A stretch of DNA of 64,000 nt from an uncultured Planctomycetaceae bacterium (GCA_963787355.1 CAWBCP010000005.1:58032-122031); one strand, 5' to 3'; counted from the first letter of the stretch, positions 10,945 to 21,930 are shown. Made by a program: numbers and translations. The notes: a model not told the origin generated them from the sequence alone.

Positions 10945-13900
10945 GGCACGGCGCCGTCGTCGCAGGGCGACCAATAGCAGCGATAGCCCGCCCAAACCGG
11001 CCAGCACGGCCGTGCTTGGCTCGGGCACGAGCGAGATCGAGGTGATCGTGCCGTAGAACGCGTCGATATCCATGTGCGATTCATCGGTCAACACCAGGCT
11101 GAACTGGTTGATGGTCGGGAACAGATTGAGATCCGGAGCCACGGTCGGCAGCGCATCGCTGGCGTTGGCCGTCTTGCTGGCATCGGTGAGCATCAGGATT
11201 TGCGAGTCGACGACGTAACCATTATGAGGATCGTTCGCCGAATTCCAGATGCCATAGCGATCGTCGTTGAAGGGATCGTCGGCAAAGATCTCGATCCGGT
11301 TCTGTCCGCTTACATCGGCTGCCGTCTGGAAGACCATGCTGTTGATGGTCGTGGTCATCCCGAAAGCCCCACCGGTCGTGTAGCGGTACTCGCCCTGGGT
11401 TGCCGTCGCGTTGGAATCCGCCAGGGTCGAGTCGTACGTGTAGCTGCCGGTGAAGGTATCGCCCGCCGAGACGGTGTTGGCAAAAAAGCCGTTGTCGGTG
11501 TCGGCGAAGTCGACCGTGCCTTCGAACTGAACCGTGATCGGCGCGGCCGGTGCGCTCGTAGCGAGCAGCAGGAGCAGTCCCAGGCACAAAGTTGTCGCGA
11601 TCGAGCGAACCGCAATGCGAGCCCGACGCCGATGGCGCCGAGCGAACAACAGCAGGCCGACTGCACCGCAGGCAGCCAGCACGAGCGTCGACGGTTCGGG
11701 GACAGGCGTAAGCACGAACGCGCGCGTTTCGCCGCTGGGGTTGTCGCCGTACCCAACGATCTGCCCTGCGTTGTTGATGCCTTGAACGGATGAGAGCGTC
11801 CAGCCACTGCCCGAGGAGTCCAAAAGGCTACTGAGGTCAAGCCAACCGTCCGCGGGAGTCCAAAGTGATGGAACGAAAGGGTGACCAGTCAAGGCATTCA
11901 CTCCCACGATGTAGCCGTGGTCATTAATTGCGTAAGCGTAGCTTTGGCTGTATCCGGCCAGAACTCCAAGGTCTTGGAAGCCCGAAGACGTGGACCAAAG
12001 AAAAGCGTGCCCGTTGTTGCTCCACCCGACAACCTGTTCGAGTTCATTGATTCCGTACGCCGTGCTCGTGGTTGCGCCAGAAGGCACGCCAAGGTTTTGA
12101 ACCGTTCCGGCCGGCGTCCAAAGCACGGCGCGCTGCCCCCCCGTCGAATCGCTCCATCCAACGCTATACCCCGAATCATTGATGTCATATGCCTGGCTGC
12201 TGGCCCCCGCGACAAGGACAGGCAGTGGTTGCATGCCAGTGCTTGAAGTCCACTGAATCGCGCGAGGGGTCAAAGACGCCGAGTCGCTCACGCCGACGAG
12301 ACGGCCGCTCGAATTAATGTCGTCGCCGACTGCCAAACTGTCACCCGGCAGCTTGCCGATGTGTTGCAATCCCGAGGAGGCATCCCAAATAAAGACTTCC
12401 CCATCGGCTGTGCCGACAACCTGGCCGCAATCGCCTATTCCACGCGCATAGGTGACATTGCCCGTCCCGATTTCGGTCATGCCGCTCTGAGGCGACCAAA
12501 AAAAAGCTTCTTGAAACGAACCACCCAGTGCCGGCAACCTCTCCATCTTCGTTGATCCCGTATCCCCGGCTGACACTGATGCCGTTTTGAATTCCCGGCA
12601 GTTCCGCGATGCCGAGGTCGACGATGCTGTAGGTGATTGTTGTCGCCGCCGCCGGTGCCGAAAACAGCGCCACGGCAGTGACCGAAGTCGCCGCGCAGAG
12701 AACTTGGCGCGGCCAGGTCAAACGCTGGAATTGGCGAGGTTTTAATCGCCGCCGTCCGGCAAGCCACAGCAAACCGACTGCCCCGCAGGCGGCCAGTACA
12801 AACGTCGACGGCTCAGGGACCGATGCCACACGGAACCCGAAAATGCTGTTCTCGCCCGTCGGGAAGTTGATGATCCGGTACGAGGACTGCAAGGAGCTCG
12901 AGTAGTCGAGCCACGAACCCCCCCGCAGACCCCGATACGAACCGCTGATTAAGGTTTCGTTCCATTGCCATACGTCGCCGCCCATGTCGTACGCCCCGTA
13001 GGGGCCGGCCGACGCGGTGTAGGTGCCAACGGCCGTCAAATAGTTCTGGCTGCTGCTGTAGCTCGTGGAGTGCGTGACGGCGTAACCCGTCGTGGAATCA
13101 TAAAGGTTCCCGGTGTTGGGCGTGCTGCCTGGCACGGCCGAAGTCGGGACGGTGTTGCTAGAGAACGGGTACTGATAATACCCGCCCGCGCCGCTGTTGA
13201 GTGTTGGGTCGTAGTACGCCGCCTTGTACCACTCGCTCTCGCTGGGAATGAAGACCGTGGCGTCGGCGTTGCGCGTGATCGCGTTCAACGCGGCGTTGGA
13301 GGTTGCGCCGTTGAGCGTGTACGCACCGGTTTCCGTCGTGCCCGCGCCTTCGGCTCCGGTCGGCTGTCCGTTTTGCAGCCAGTTGGAAAATCGGGCCGCG
13401 CCGCCCCAATTGACGTACGTAATTGGCAGATTGGCCGACGAGCCGATGACGCTGTACGCATAGCTGCCTGAGGAGCCGCTGCGGGAAATGCCCGCGATGT
13501 TGAGGTTGCTGGCCATCGATGGGCTGTAGAGCCCGTAGGTGTCGGTGGCCGCCACGGCGTTCAGGAACTCGGTGTACTGGCCGACGGTCACATCATACTT
13601 GTCGATGCTGTAGTTGTAGGCGACTGCACCGTAGAGAGAGCCCGTGTTGGGATCGGCCGCATTGCCGGCGTTGCCGACTGGCACCCAGTCGATCGTGACT
13701 GGGGTAGCCGAAGCCGGTAGGGCGGAGGCGAGCAAGGCGACACAGGCAGCCAGCGAAGCCGCCAAGGTAAGGCGCCGTCGTCGCAGGGCGACCAATAGCA
13801 GCACCAGCCCGCCCAAACCGGCCAGCCCGAGTGAACTAAAGTTAGCGCCAGCCACCCCCGGCACGCCGCCGGGTCCGGATTGAACGATCGTCTGAGTGAT

Positions 13901-14131
13901 GCCCCATTGCGCATGGCTCGCAGAGACCGTGTAGGTGAAGCATAGCAATACCAAGACGATGCGACAGCAGACTCGACGAGGATGAAATTTGATGCGACGG
14001 GCATCCGCAAGCACGGCCGAATTTGTCCCCGTCATTGCTTGTCGAAGAGTCTGGGGCAAAACGGCCGGATCAGGTCCATTGGACTGGATTTGTGTGATCG
14101 TCACGGAGGTCGCTGGAAGCTCAAGGGTCAT
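9931..14131 (-). CDS. Composite multi-module PEP-CTERM reading frame as sequenced (FGE-like / HAF-repeat / unknown / FGE-like). It has no internal stop codons and one frame break at an A8 tract (12499-12506)
   Basis: Two overlapping long ORFs (12341..14131 and 9931..12576) joined by deleting one A in the homopolymer. There are four internal or terminal PEP-CTERM-like segments (VPEPST + TM + Arg cluster), each followed directly in frame by a signal-peptide-like segment. Confidence 0.45.
10948..11589 (-). CDS. Module 3: secreted domain of unknown family with PEP-CTERM tail
   Basis: Signal-like LCLGLLLLLATSAPAAP (possible TTG start 11589); ~190 aa Ser/Thr/Asp-rich domain; ends VPEPSTAVLAGLGGLSLLLVALRRRRR. 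Confidence 0.45.
11623..12720 (-). CDS. Module 2: HAF-family extracellular repeat domain with PEP-CTERM tail
   Basis: Repeated ~40-aa units (YGINE.GQVVG...HAFLW...G..DLG); possible TTG start at 12720; ends VPEPSTLVLAACGAVGLLLFARRHRRR; frameshift at the A8 tract. Confidence 0.5.
12745..14035 (-). CDS. Module 1: formylglycine-generating-enzyme (SUMF1/EgtB/PvdO, DUF323) family domain with PEP-CTERM tail (paralog B)
   Basis: Candidate start is ATG 14035, giving signal peptide RRVCCRIVLVLLCFTYTVSASHA. FGE-family motifs (ITYVNWGGAARFSNWLQNG, YDMGGDVWQWNE, RGLRGGSW); ends VPEPSTFVLAACGAVGLLWLAGRRR. The N-terminal ~80 aa carry a remnant PEP-CTERM-like TM segment. Confidence 0.5.
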
Positions 14132-14215
14132 TAGCGTTGCTCCTGAAAAGTGAACTGAGGTTCGAGCCAGCTGTCGTGCAAAATGCTGGAAAGCCCTTCC
14201 GGGATCACTGGCGAA

Positions 14216-14482
14216 TCACACACAGGGGCGTGCCCGTTGGCGGCGGCGCTGCCCAGCGCTCGAACCTTCGAGCGTGGCAGTTCCCGAAGTCGTGGTGATC
14301 GAGGTGCCCATCACGGTTGAACCGTCGTCGGCGGACACGCCAAGGGCTTGGCTGAGGTAGGCGCCGCCAGGCAGATCTACCAGGGGAGCAAATGAGTAGG
14401 TTGAGGCACGGACTTCCGACGAGGCGAACAAGATGAGAAGTGCCAAGGACGGAGGAATGAGTTCTGACCTGCTGCGGTGCAT
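14216..14482 (-). CDS. small secreted protein, HAF-like N-terminal fragment (possibly truncated or frameshifted)
   Basis: ATG 14482; signal peptide MHRSRSELIPPSLALLILFASSEVRA followed by a HAF-like start (YSFAPLVDLPGGAYLSQALGVSADDGSTVMGTS), then low-complexity sequence. Confidence 0.3.
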   Translation of the reverse strand: MHRSRSELIPPSLALLILFASSEVRASTYSFAPLVDLPGGAYLSQALGVSADDGSTVMGTSITTTSGTATLEGSSAGQRRRQRARPCV

Positions 14483-14826
14483 TAGCGGCCCCCAGTTTTT
14501 TTGCGGTTGAGTGGCGGGGTGTGCGTTGGAGTGCGCGACGAGTTGTCCCGCACGGTCATCCCCGAAGACTTCACCGCGAGCTGCGCGACCGCTTGAGTCC
14601 ACGGTCCGCCATCGAGTCGCCGCGCACTCCCACGTATCCAACAGGCACGCGGAAGCGGCCCAATCCGCCGCGCGGCAGAGAAAAACTTTCCGATTTGTCG
14701 TGATCGTCTGTTTGAGATGGCGAAAAAATGCTTGCGGGGCCGCCCAAGCCCGCTTAACCTGATAAGACTCATCTGCGGGACTGTCGGATTTCCGACGAGA
14801 GCGTGTCTATTGAGATAGGGTGATCG

Positions 14827-15451
14827 ATGGCTACCCGGCAGCCGGCGTCTTCGGTTTCGCAAGGCGAGGACCGCTTTGCCGAGCTATTGTCCCTCACCAG
14901 AGGGGGGTGCGGCGAGGCTTTGGGCGAGTTGTTGCAGGGCTGCCGGCGCTACCTCCTGTTGACCGCCAGCCGCGAGCTTGAGTCGTCCTTGCAGGCCAAA
15001 GAGGGCGCCTCGGACCTGGTGCAGAAAACATGCTTGCTTGCACCGCGATTTCCGGACCTTTCACGGCACGACGCCAGGCGAGCTGCTCGCTTGGCTGAAT
15101 CGCATTCTGGAGCGGCAGCTTGCCAACCACGTGCGCCACTACCGGTTCACGCTGATGCGCAATGTCGACCGCGAGGTTTCCCTTGATGACGAGCAGTTGG
15201 CGTCCAACGTGCAGTTGGTCGATCAGGGGCCCAGGCCCGGCGACGAAGCTGCGCTGGCTGACGACCAGCGCCGTTTGCGGATCGCGATCCAACGCTTGCC
15301 CGCCGATTATCGCCGCGTGCTTGAGCTGCGTGCCTGGGGGCGTTTGCCGTTTGTCGAAATCGGGCGGCAAATGGACCGCTCGGGCGACGCGGCCGAGAAG
15401 CTGTGGTTGCGAGCGCTCGAACGCCTGCAGGCGGATTTGAGGAGCGTGTGA
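14827..15451 (+). CDS. ECF-family RNA polymerase sigma factor, +1 frameshift near 15030-15050
   Basis: The N-part (14827 frame) ends ...DLVQKTCLLA; the region-2/region-4 sequence HRDFRTFHGTTPGELLAWLNRILE...LPADYRRVLELRAWGRLPFVEIGRQMDRSGDAAEKLWLRALERL continues in the 14978..15451 frame. Confidence 0.7.
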
Positions 15452-18400
15452 TGAGCGATCCCGGTGGCGAGTCCCGAGACCAGCTTCTCGCGTCACTGCT
15501 GATCGCTTATGATGAAACGCTCGACGACCCCTGCGCAGCCAGTCGCCACGACGTTACTCGACTCGGATGCCGACCTAGCCGAGCGGTTTCGCAATGCCCG
15601 CGAGTGTCTCGATCTGCTCGACCGGATGCGGCGCGTACGGCGGTGCGGCGTTGACACCGTGCGGGGAAGCCAACGAAGCGCAGTGTGAACATGAATGGCC
15701 CGCGACGATCGGCCGATTCCAAATTGAGCGCGAGGTAGGGCGCGGTGGCTTGGGTGTGGTGCTGCTGGCCCGCGACCCGCAACTGGGGCGCCGCGTGGCC
15801 ATCAAAATCCCCCGCCCGGAGATCGTCGGCGGCGAAGAGGCACGCCGGCGCTACCTCGCGAGGCCGAGGCCGCAGCGAGGCTGAATCACCCCTGTCTCGT
15901 CGCGCTGCACGAAGTCGGCCATCAAGGCTCCTTATGTTATCTCGTTTCGGAATACTGCACCGGCCCGACTTTGCGCAATGGCACAAGGACCATCCGGGCC
16001 CGGTGAATCCTCGGCAGGCCGCCGCGCTAGTCGAGCAGTTAGCCCTGGGCGTGCATCACGCGCACAATCGCGGCGTGCTGCACCGCGACATCAAGCCAAG
16101 CAATGTTCTGCTGGTTGGCCTGGCGGCCGTCAGCCCGGACGGCGTGGAAGCGTCCGCAATGCAGGCCGCGACATCTTCCGGCCAACCGAGCGACGGTCCC
16201 CTGGCGGCCGATCAACTCTGCCCCAAGCTGACCGACTTCGGCATGGCCAAGTTGGCCGAATCCCGGGGTGACGAAACGCGCTGGGAATGATCCTCGGCAC
16301 GCTGGCCTACATGGCGCCCGAGCAGGCCGAAGGTCGGCTCCGCGATCTCGACGCGCGGGTCGACGTCTATTCGCTGGGGGCTGTGCTCTATGAATTATTG
16401 ACCGGCACCGCGCCCTACCGCGGTGCGTCCGATGTCGACACGTTGCGGCAACTGCTGGTGAACGAACCGGTGCGGCCGCGAGCCGTGTCGAAGCATGTGC
16501 CGCGCGACTTGGAGGCGATCGCGCTGAAGTGCCTGGCCAAGGATCCCACGGGCCGATATGCCACGGCACAGCACTTGGCCGAGGATTTGCGGCGCTTCCT
16601 GGCCCGCCAGCCGACGCTCGCCCGCCCACTGGGCACGACGCGGCGGCTGTGGAAATGGGCACGGCGCAGGCCGGCAGTTGCCACGTTACTGGCGGTGTTG
16701 TGCGTCTCGGCGATCGGGCTGTTCGGCATCGCGGCGGCGTACAACGCGCGGCTGGGCGCGGCCTTGGAGGATTCTCGGCGATTGCTGTACGCGGCTGACA
16801 TGAAACTGGCATTCGATTCCTGGCACGCCGACAGCGCTCGCACCTTGGCGGAGCGCCTGGCCCGCTACGAGCCGAACGGTGGCCGGTCCGACGTACGGAC
16901 ATTTCCCTGGTACTTTTTATCCCGGCAAAGATACGGCGATCGGACGGACCTCTACCGGCACAAGGACACGGTTTACGCCGTGGCCTGGTCTCCGCGCGGC
17001 GACTTAATCGCCAGCGGCGGCGTCGGCGGATTGATCTACATTTGGGACGTGGCGGCACGAAAGGTTCGTAAGACGCTTGACGACCACCGTACCGACGTCA
17101 ACGGCGTTGCCTTTTCGGCTGATGGCACGCTGCTGGCGTCCTGCGGCGACGACTTGACGATCCGGATCTGGCAGATCGACAGCGACGAACCGCCGCGAAA
17201 ACTTAAGCTGGTGACCTTTAAAGACCTGAACTGCCTGGTTTTCTCGCCCGATGGGCGCTGGCTGGCCGCCGGCGGCGAGGACCAAAAGACGCGAATCTGG
17301 GACACGACAACGTGGAAGCTGAATCGCATGATTTCGGCGGCCGACGCTGCGGTCAATCGGATCGCCTTCTCACCCGATAGCAGGCGGCTGGCCATCACGC
17401 ATAGCAGTGGCGTCGGCGCGATCGTGGACGCCGAATCCGGGCAGGTTCTCCGCACGCTCGACCGACGCGAGGGGCGGGCGAGCGGCATGGGCGAGGTGGC
17501 CTTCTCCCGCGATGGACGCCTGCTGGCCGTAGCCAACTTCAAGTTGCAGCAAGTCGACCTTTGGGACCCCGACACGGGCGAGCGGCTCAGATCGCTCCAC
17601 AGCAACGGCAACTGGCTGCAAGCGCTGGCGTTTTCCCCCGACGATCGCCGCCTGTTGACCGGCTCGCAGGACGGCGCCCTGCGTGTGTGGGATGTCGAAA
17701 CGCTGGAGCTGGTGCATGTGCTGTTGGGACACGACAAGGACGTTCGCGACGTCGCCTTCTCGCCGTCCGGCGACGTCGTCGTCTCGGCAGGAAAGGATGG
17801 CACGGTGAAGCTGTGGGACTTGGCGGCCATCGAATATCGCCAGACCACCGTCAACTTCGCCGAAAAGGTCATGACGCTGGAGTTCCTTCCGGGCCAGCAA
17901 TTGCTGGCAATCGAAGAAAAATTTGGGCCGCTGCGGCTGATGAACGTCGTGACCCGAGACATCGTGTTCGAGAGCCGCGGCCCGCGGCAGAATGCCGACT
18001 GGATGATCGCCGTCTCACCGGACGGCAAGCGACTGGCCTATACCACGGGCGAGAGCCGCGAGATGCAATTGCTCGACGTGGCCGGGTGGCGCGCTCAAGC
18101 CGTACTCAAGTCGCAAAATGCCCGATTTCGTTGCGCCGCCTTTTCACTCCAAGGAGACTTCATCGCGACCGGCGATGAAGGGGGGTCGCTCGTTTTGTGG
18201 GACGCATCCTCGCTCAAACAACTCCGCACGTGTAACACTGGTCAAGGCAACGTACTGGCGCTCTGCTTCCTGCCGGGCGGCGAGCAGATTGTCGTGGCCG
18301 GGGACAAAGACGTTCGCGTGTGGGACCTCGGCGCTCGCGATCATGGCGTTCTGCTGCCGGCTAGCGACAAAATTTGGGACATGGCCGTATCGCCCGACGA

Positions 18401-18764
18401 AAGCCTGTTCGCGGCGAGCTGCGTCGACGGCAGCGTGCGGTTGTGGAGCCTGCCCGAATGCCAGCCCCGAGCGACGCTGGTGGGCCATCACGGCTGGTGC
18501 AACGGCATCAGCTTTTCACCCGACGGCACGACCCTGGCATCGGCGGGCAATGACGGCACCGTCCGCCTTTGGGACTTGCGGACCATGCAGGAAATCGGCG
18601 CCATCGCGACGAAGAAGGGCTATGAAATAAATAGCGTTTCGTTCTCTTCAGACGGCCAAACCCTGGCCGCCGCAGCCTCGGCGGATCGATCCGGCTTGAC
18701 CCTCCTTTGGTCGCAGGCCCGTCCGCGTTCAAACCCCACGCAAGAAGCCAGCTCGGCGCGTTAA
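15451..18764 (+). CDS. Ser/Thr protein kinase with C-terminal WD40 beta-propeller repeats; kinase domain broken by at least 3 frameshifts (15.56-16.29 kb)
   Basis: ATG 15451 overlaps the sigma stop (TGATG). Kinase subdomains are scattered over frames: GRGGLGVV..VAIK (15594 frame), HRDIKPSNVLL..DFGMAK (15745 frame) and APE..DVYSLG plus TM and WD40 repeats (16287 frame). Confidence 0.7.
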
Positions 18765-20039
18765 GGCCCATCGTCCGCGGGCGAACGCTTCGAGGCCCTT
18801 GCGGAGTTGCCTTCTTGCAGTTCACTCCTGTCAGCAGCGCATTCCAACGCGGCCTATCTGACCGAGCGCAAGAGCCCGTATAAGGCGATTGTCGTGTTTT
18901 CGGGCGAGCACGAAGACGGCGGCCGGCAGGTGACCGAAGCAACCCTCAACGGGTTCCCCAGTGCGGAGATCGTGGACTGGATTCAGGAGGACCCGTACCG
19001 GTTCCTGATCGTGGCCGACAAATTCCAGACCGGCTATGACGAGCCGCTGCTGCATACGATGTATGTGGACAAGCAGCTGTCGGGCATCAAGGCGGTGCAG
19101 ACTCTCTCGCGGCTCGACCGGGCGCACCCGCAGAAGACCGACACGTTCGTGCTGGACTTCATGAACCACGCCGACACGATTACCGACGCGTTTGCCGGCT
19201 ACTACCGCACGACGGTGCTGAGCGAAGAGACCGATCCGAACAAGCTCCATGACCTGAAGGGCGCCCTGGATGGCTATCAGGTCTACGCGCCCCAGCAGGT
19301 GCGGGAGTTGGTCGAACTGTTTCTTGGCGGCTCCGAGCGCGACAGACTGGACCCGATCCTCGACGCCTGCGTAGCCCGCTATATCACCGACCTGGACGAG
19401 GACGGACAAGTCGACTTCAAGGGCAAGGCCAAGGCATTCGTGCGGACCTACGAATTCCTGGCATCGGTCCTGCCGTACACGAATCGGGCGTGGGAGGAGC
19501 TGTCCGTTTTCCTGAACTTCCTCATCCCCAAGCTGCCGGCCCCGGTTGAGGAAGACCTCTCGAAGGGGATCCTCGAAGCCATCGACATGGACAGCTACCG
19601 CAACGAGGTGCGGGAGACGCTGAAGCTGACCTTGGCCGACGAGGAAGGCGAGGTGGGGCCCGTGCCCACCAGTGGCGGCGGGCGTAAGTCCGAGCCGGAA
19701 CTCGATCGGCTGAGCAACATCATCAGGGCCTTTAACGACCAGTTCGGCAATATCGACTGGAAAGACGCCGACCGCATCCGCCAGGTGATCGCCGAAGAAA
19801 TCCCCGGCAAGGTCGCCGCCGACAGGGCGTACCAGAACGCCCTGAAGAACAGCGACAAGGCGGCGGCCCGGCTGGAACACGACCGGGCACTGCGGGACGT
19901 GGTTGTCAGCATGCTGCGCGACCACACCGAACTGTTCAAGCAATTCAGCGACAACCCCGGCTTCAAGAAGTGGCTGGCCGATACGATCTTTTCAGTGACC
20001 TACGACGACAGCGCGGCCACCGCTTTTGGGAACACATGA
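18765..20039 (+). pseudogene. hsdR: Type I restriction enzyme R subunit (HsdR) C-terminal fragment (~420 aa), lacking the N-terminal nuclease and helicase domain 1
   Basis: KAIVVFSGEHED...DPYRFLIVADKFQTGYDEPLLHTMYVDKQLSGIKAVQTLSRLDRAHP...FVLDFMN resembles the HsdR helicase C-terminal and EcoR124I-like C-terminal region. The reading frame runs straight on from the kinase stop codon and has no ATG. Confidence 0.6.
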
Positions 20040-20323
20040 TGAAACTGCAAGCGATGACGCGTCTCGCCGACATTGCAAACCTTGCATTCATCGGCGGCAA
20101 GACCAATCGTGCGATCAGCGATGAGCGCCCGGTAGACTACTTTCCGGGTCTGATTTCCAATGTGGGTACGGGTCCGTTTGAAGCTCAGTGCATTCCGACA
20201 GACCGCGATTTGTTGAGCGCGGATCAATACAAGGTGTTTCTAAACGCGCGCCGAGAGACAATCGCCGTCAGGCTCAACGAGTTTTTGGGTTTTCAGGACG
20301 GAGCCGGCGGGGATCTGAAATGA
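20036..20323 (+). CDS. hypothetical protein (95 aa)
   Basis: ATGATG start at 20036; its stop overlaps the next start (ATGA at 20320). Confidence 0.45.
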   Translation: MMKLQAMTRLADIANLAFIGGKTNRAISDERPVDYFPGLISNVGTGPFEAQCIPTDRDLLSADQYKVFLNARRETIAVRLNEFLGFQDGAGGDLK

Positions 20324-21219
20324 CAAACGACCGCTTACAGTGTCTTGCCATTCGTCAGCCTTGGGCTTGGGCCGTCTGCATCGGGGCCAAGGACATCGAG
20401 AGCCGGACGTGGACCACGGAATACCGCGGGCTTTTGGCAATCCAGGCCAGCGCAGCCCGACAAGGCGTTAATGCGCTCGTCAAGAAGTCTAAAGGAAAGC
20501 TGCATCCCGACGAGATGCCCTGCGGCGCAATCATCGGCGTGGTGGAGCTCGTCGAAGTCGTGCCGATGGACGAAGCCCTGGAGAACAACGCTTGGGCAAC
20601 CGGACTATACTGCTGGCGGTTTGCACACGGCCGTTGCCTCGAAGAGCCCATCGCCTACAAAGGCGCCCTGCACCTGTATGAACTACCCGACGATGTTGCC
20701 AGCAACATCCGCGAGCAACTAACCCGAAAGCCACTGCCGCGGCCGAAGTTTGCTGATGACTGGTTATCGGCGATGGCGGACGACCCGTTCGATCTGCATG
20801 CCGACCGTTGCATGAGCTACCGGGACTTGCAGGACTGCGCCAGAATGGTCCGGGCGGCCTCGCAGATGATTCGATCGCGTCCTGATTTAAGCGACGCGTT
20901 CCGTCTTCGTGGCGCTGGGCATTTTTTTGGCGGGAACCTGGCAGCCGGCATCGTCGACTTGGTGGAAGCCGTCCGCCTCGACCCACAAGACGCCAACGCC
21001 CAATACCTGCTTGCCTGGGCCTATCGAGACGCAGGCGAGACGGCCCAGTCCGATGCACATACGCGCTCGAAGTGGCCTGGCTGGTCAGGTTGTACAAGAG
21101 ATCTGCCGAAAGACCGTCAAACGGACCGAGCTACTTTGCGCCGATTTGGCGGCGTGAGGGGTTTTTGGGACCATCCCCTCGAGTTTCCGGAAACTCCTCA
21201 CGCTCGTGATGCATCCTGA
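20320..21219 (+). CDS. ASCH domain protein with C-terminal TPR-like region
   Basis: LAIRQPWAWAVCIGAKDIESRTW...GVVELVEV...ALHLYEL is an ASCH/PUA-like fold signature. Confidence 0.55.
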   Translation: MTNDRLQCLAIRQPWAWAVCIGAKDIESRTWTTEYRGLLAIQASAARQGVNALVKKSKGKLHPDEMPCGAIIGVVELVEVVPMDEALENNAWATGLYCWRFAHGRCLEEPIAYKGALHLYELPDDVASNIREQLTRKPLPRPKFADDWLSAMADDPFDLHADRCMSYRDLQDCARMVRAASQMIRSRPDLSDAFRLRGAGHFFGGNLAAGIVDLVEAVRLDPQDANAQYLLAWAYRDAGETAQSDAHTRSKWPGWSGCTRDLPKDRQTDRATLRRFGGVRGFWDHPLEFPETPHARDAS

Positions 21220-21657
21220 CTGCCCCCATAACCGTCACAAGTTTCAGCCTTCTGCACTCGTCCGCGGCGGTGGTGAGGAGCTGGCCATGCAGTTCCTTGA
21301 CCACGCCAAACCGACTTTCAGGAAAAAAGTTTCTGCGAACCACCGAAACCTTTCCGGCGTCTAAGGTGTATAAGAGGGGTCGGGGCCGCGTGGGTGTCCG
21401 ATCGCTGTTTTGACGAGCTTTTACGAGTTGTTCCTTCCATGATGTTCTTACGGCCAAGACTGTTCCAAGAACGGATAGCCGGGAGTTATTGCGCGCAGCA
21501 CAAACGACAGCTGCAAGGTAATTCCCCCGCGCTACCGCTACGCTTGTGACGCTTGGCCTTTAGGTCTGCTGGCTGCCAAAGCCCGGTGTCACAAGGACAT
21601 CGGGCTTTTTTGTTGGCCTCATGTCGCGCGATAGCGGGAACCAAACAACAAACGAAT

Positions 21658-21729
21658 GGGTCGGTAGCTGAGACGGTTTAGCGGTGGCCTGAAAAGCCGC
21701 AGACGAGGATTCGAGCGCCTCCCGACCCA
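21658..21729 (+). tRNA. tRNA-Phe(GAA)
   Basis: Acceptor gggtcgg/ccgaccc; anticodon stem gtggc/gccgc, loop ctGAAaa; T-loop ttcgagc (A53:G61 mismatch). Confidence 0.7.
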
Positions 21730-21765
21730 CTGCGCTCAGCGTACGCGCTGACGGAAGACACACAC

Positions 21766-21838
21766 GGCTCGTTCGTCTATCGGTTCAGGATACTGCCCTT
21801 TCAAGGCGGAGAGGTGGGTTCGATTCCCACACGAGCTA
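21766..21838 (+). tRNA. tRNA-Glu(TTC)
   Basis: Acceptor ggctcgt/acgagct; anticodon loop ctTTCaa; T-arm gtggg-ttcgatt-cccac. Confidence 0.75.
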
Positions 21839-21857
21839 CTGCAGGGAGAAAACACAT

Positions 21858-21929
21858 CGGGAGGAAGAGGAACGGTGCCTCGCGTGCCTTGGGAGCACGA
21901 GATCGCGGGTTCGACTCCCGCCTTCCCGA
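21858..21929 (+). tRNA. tRNA-Pro(TGG)
   Basis: Acceptor cgggagg/cttcccg; D-stem gagg/cctc; anticodon stem cgtgc/gcacg, loop ctTGGga; T-arm gcggg-ttcgact-cccgc. Confidence 0.75.
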
Positions 21930-21930
21930 C

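Noticed and set aside
11074-11793. Long plus-strand ORFs (11074..11793, 12965..13471 and others) opposite the PEP-CTERM array
   Set aside because: Antisense of clearly coding minus-strand sequence. Gly/Arg/Val-rich composition typical of spurious ORFs in high-GC DNA.
16039-18028. Minus-strand ORFs 16039..17058 and 17036..18028 (339 and 330 aa)
   Set aside because: They fully overlap the WD40 kinase gene on the opposite strand; Arg/Pro/Ser-rich nonsense composition.
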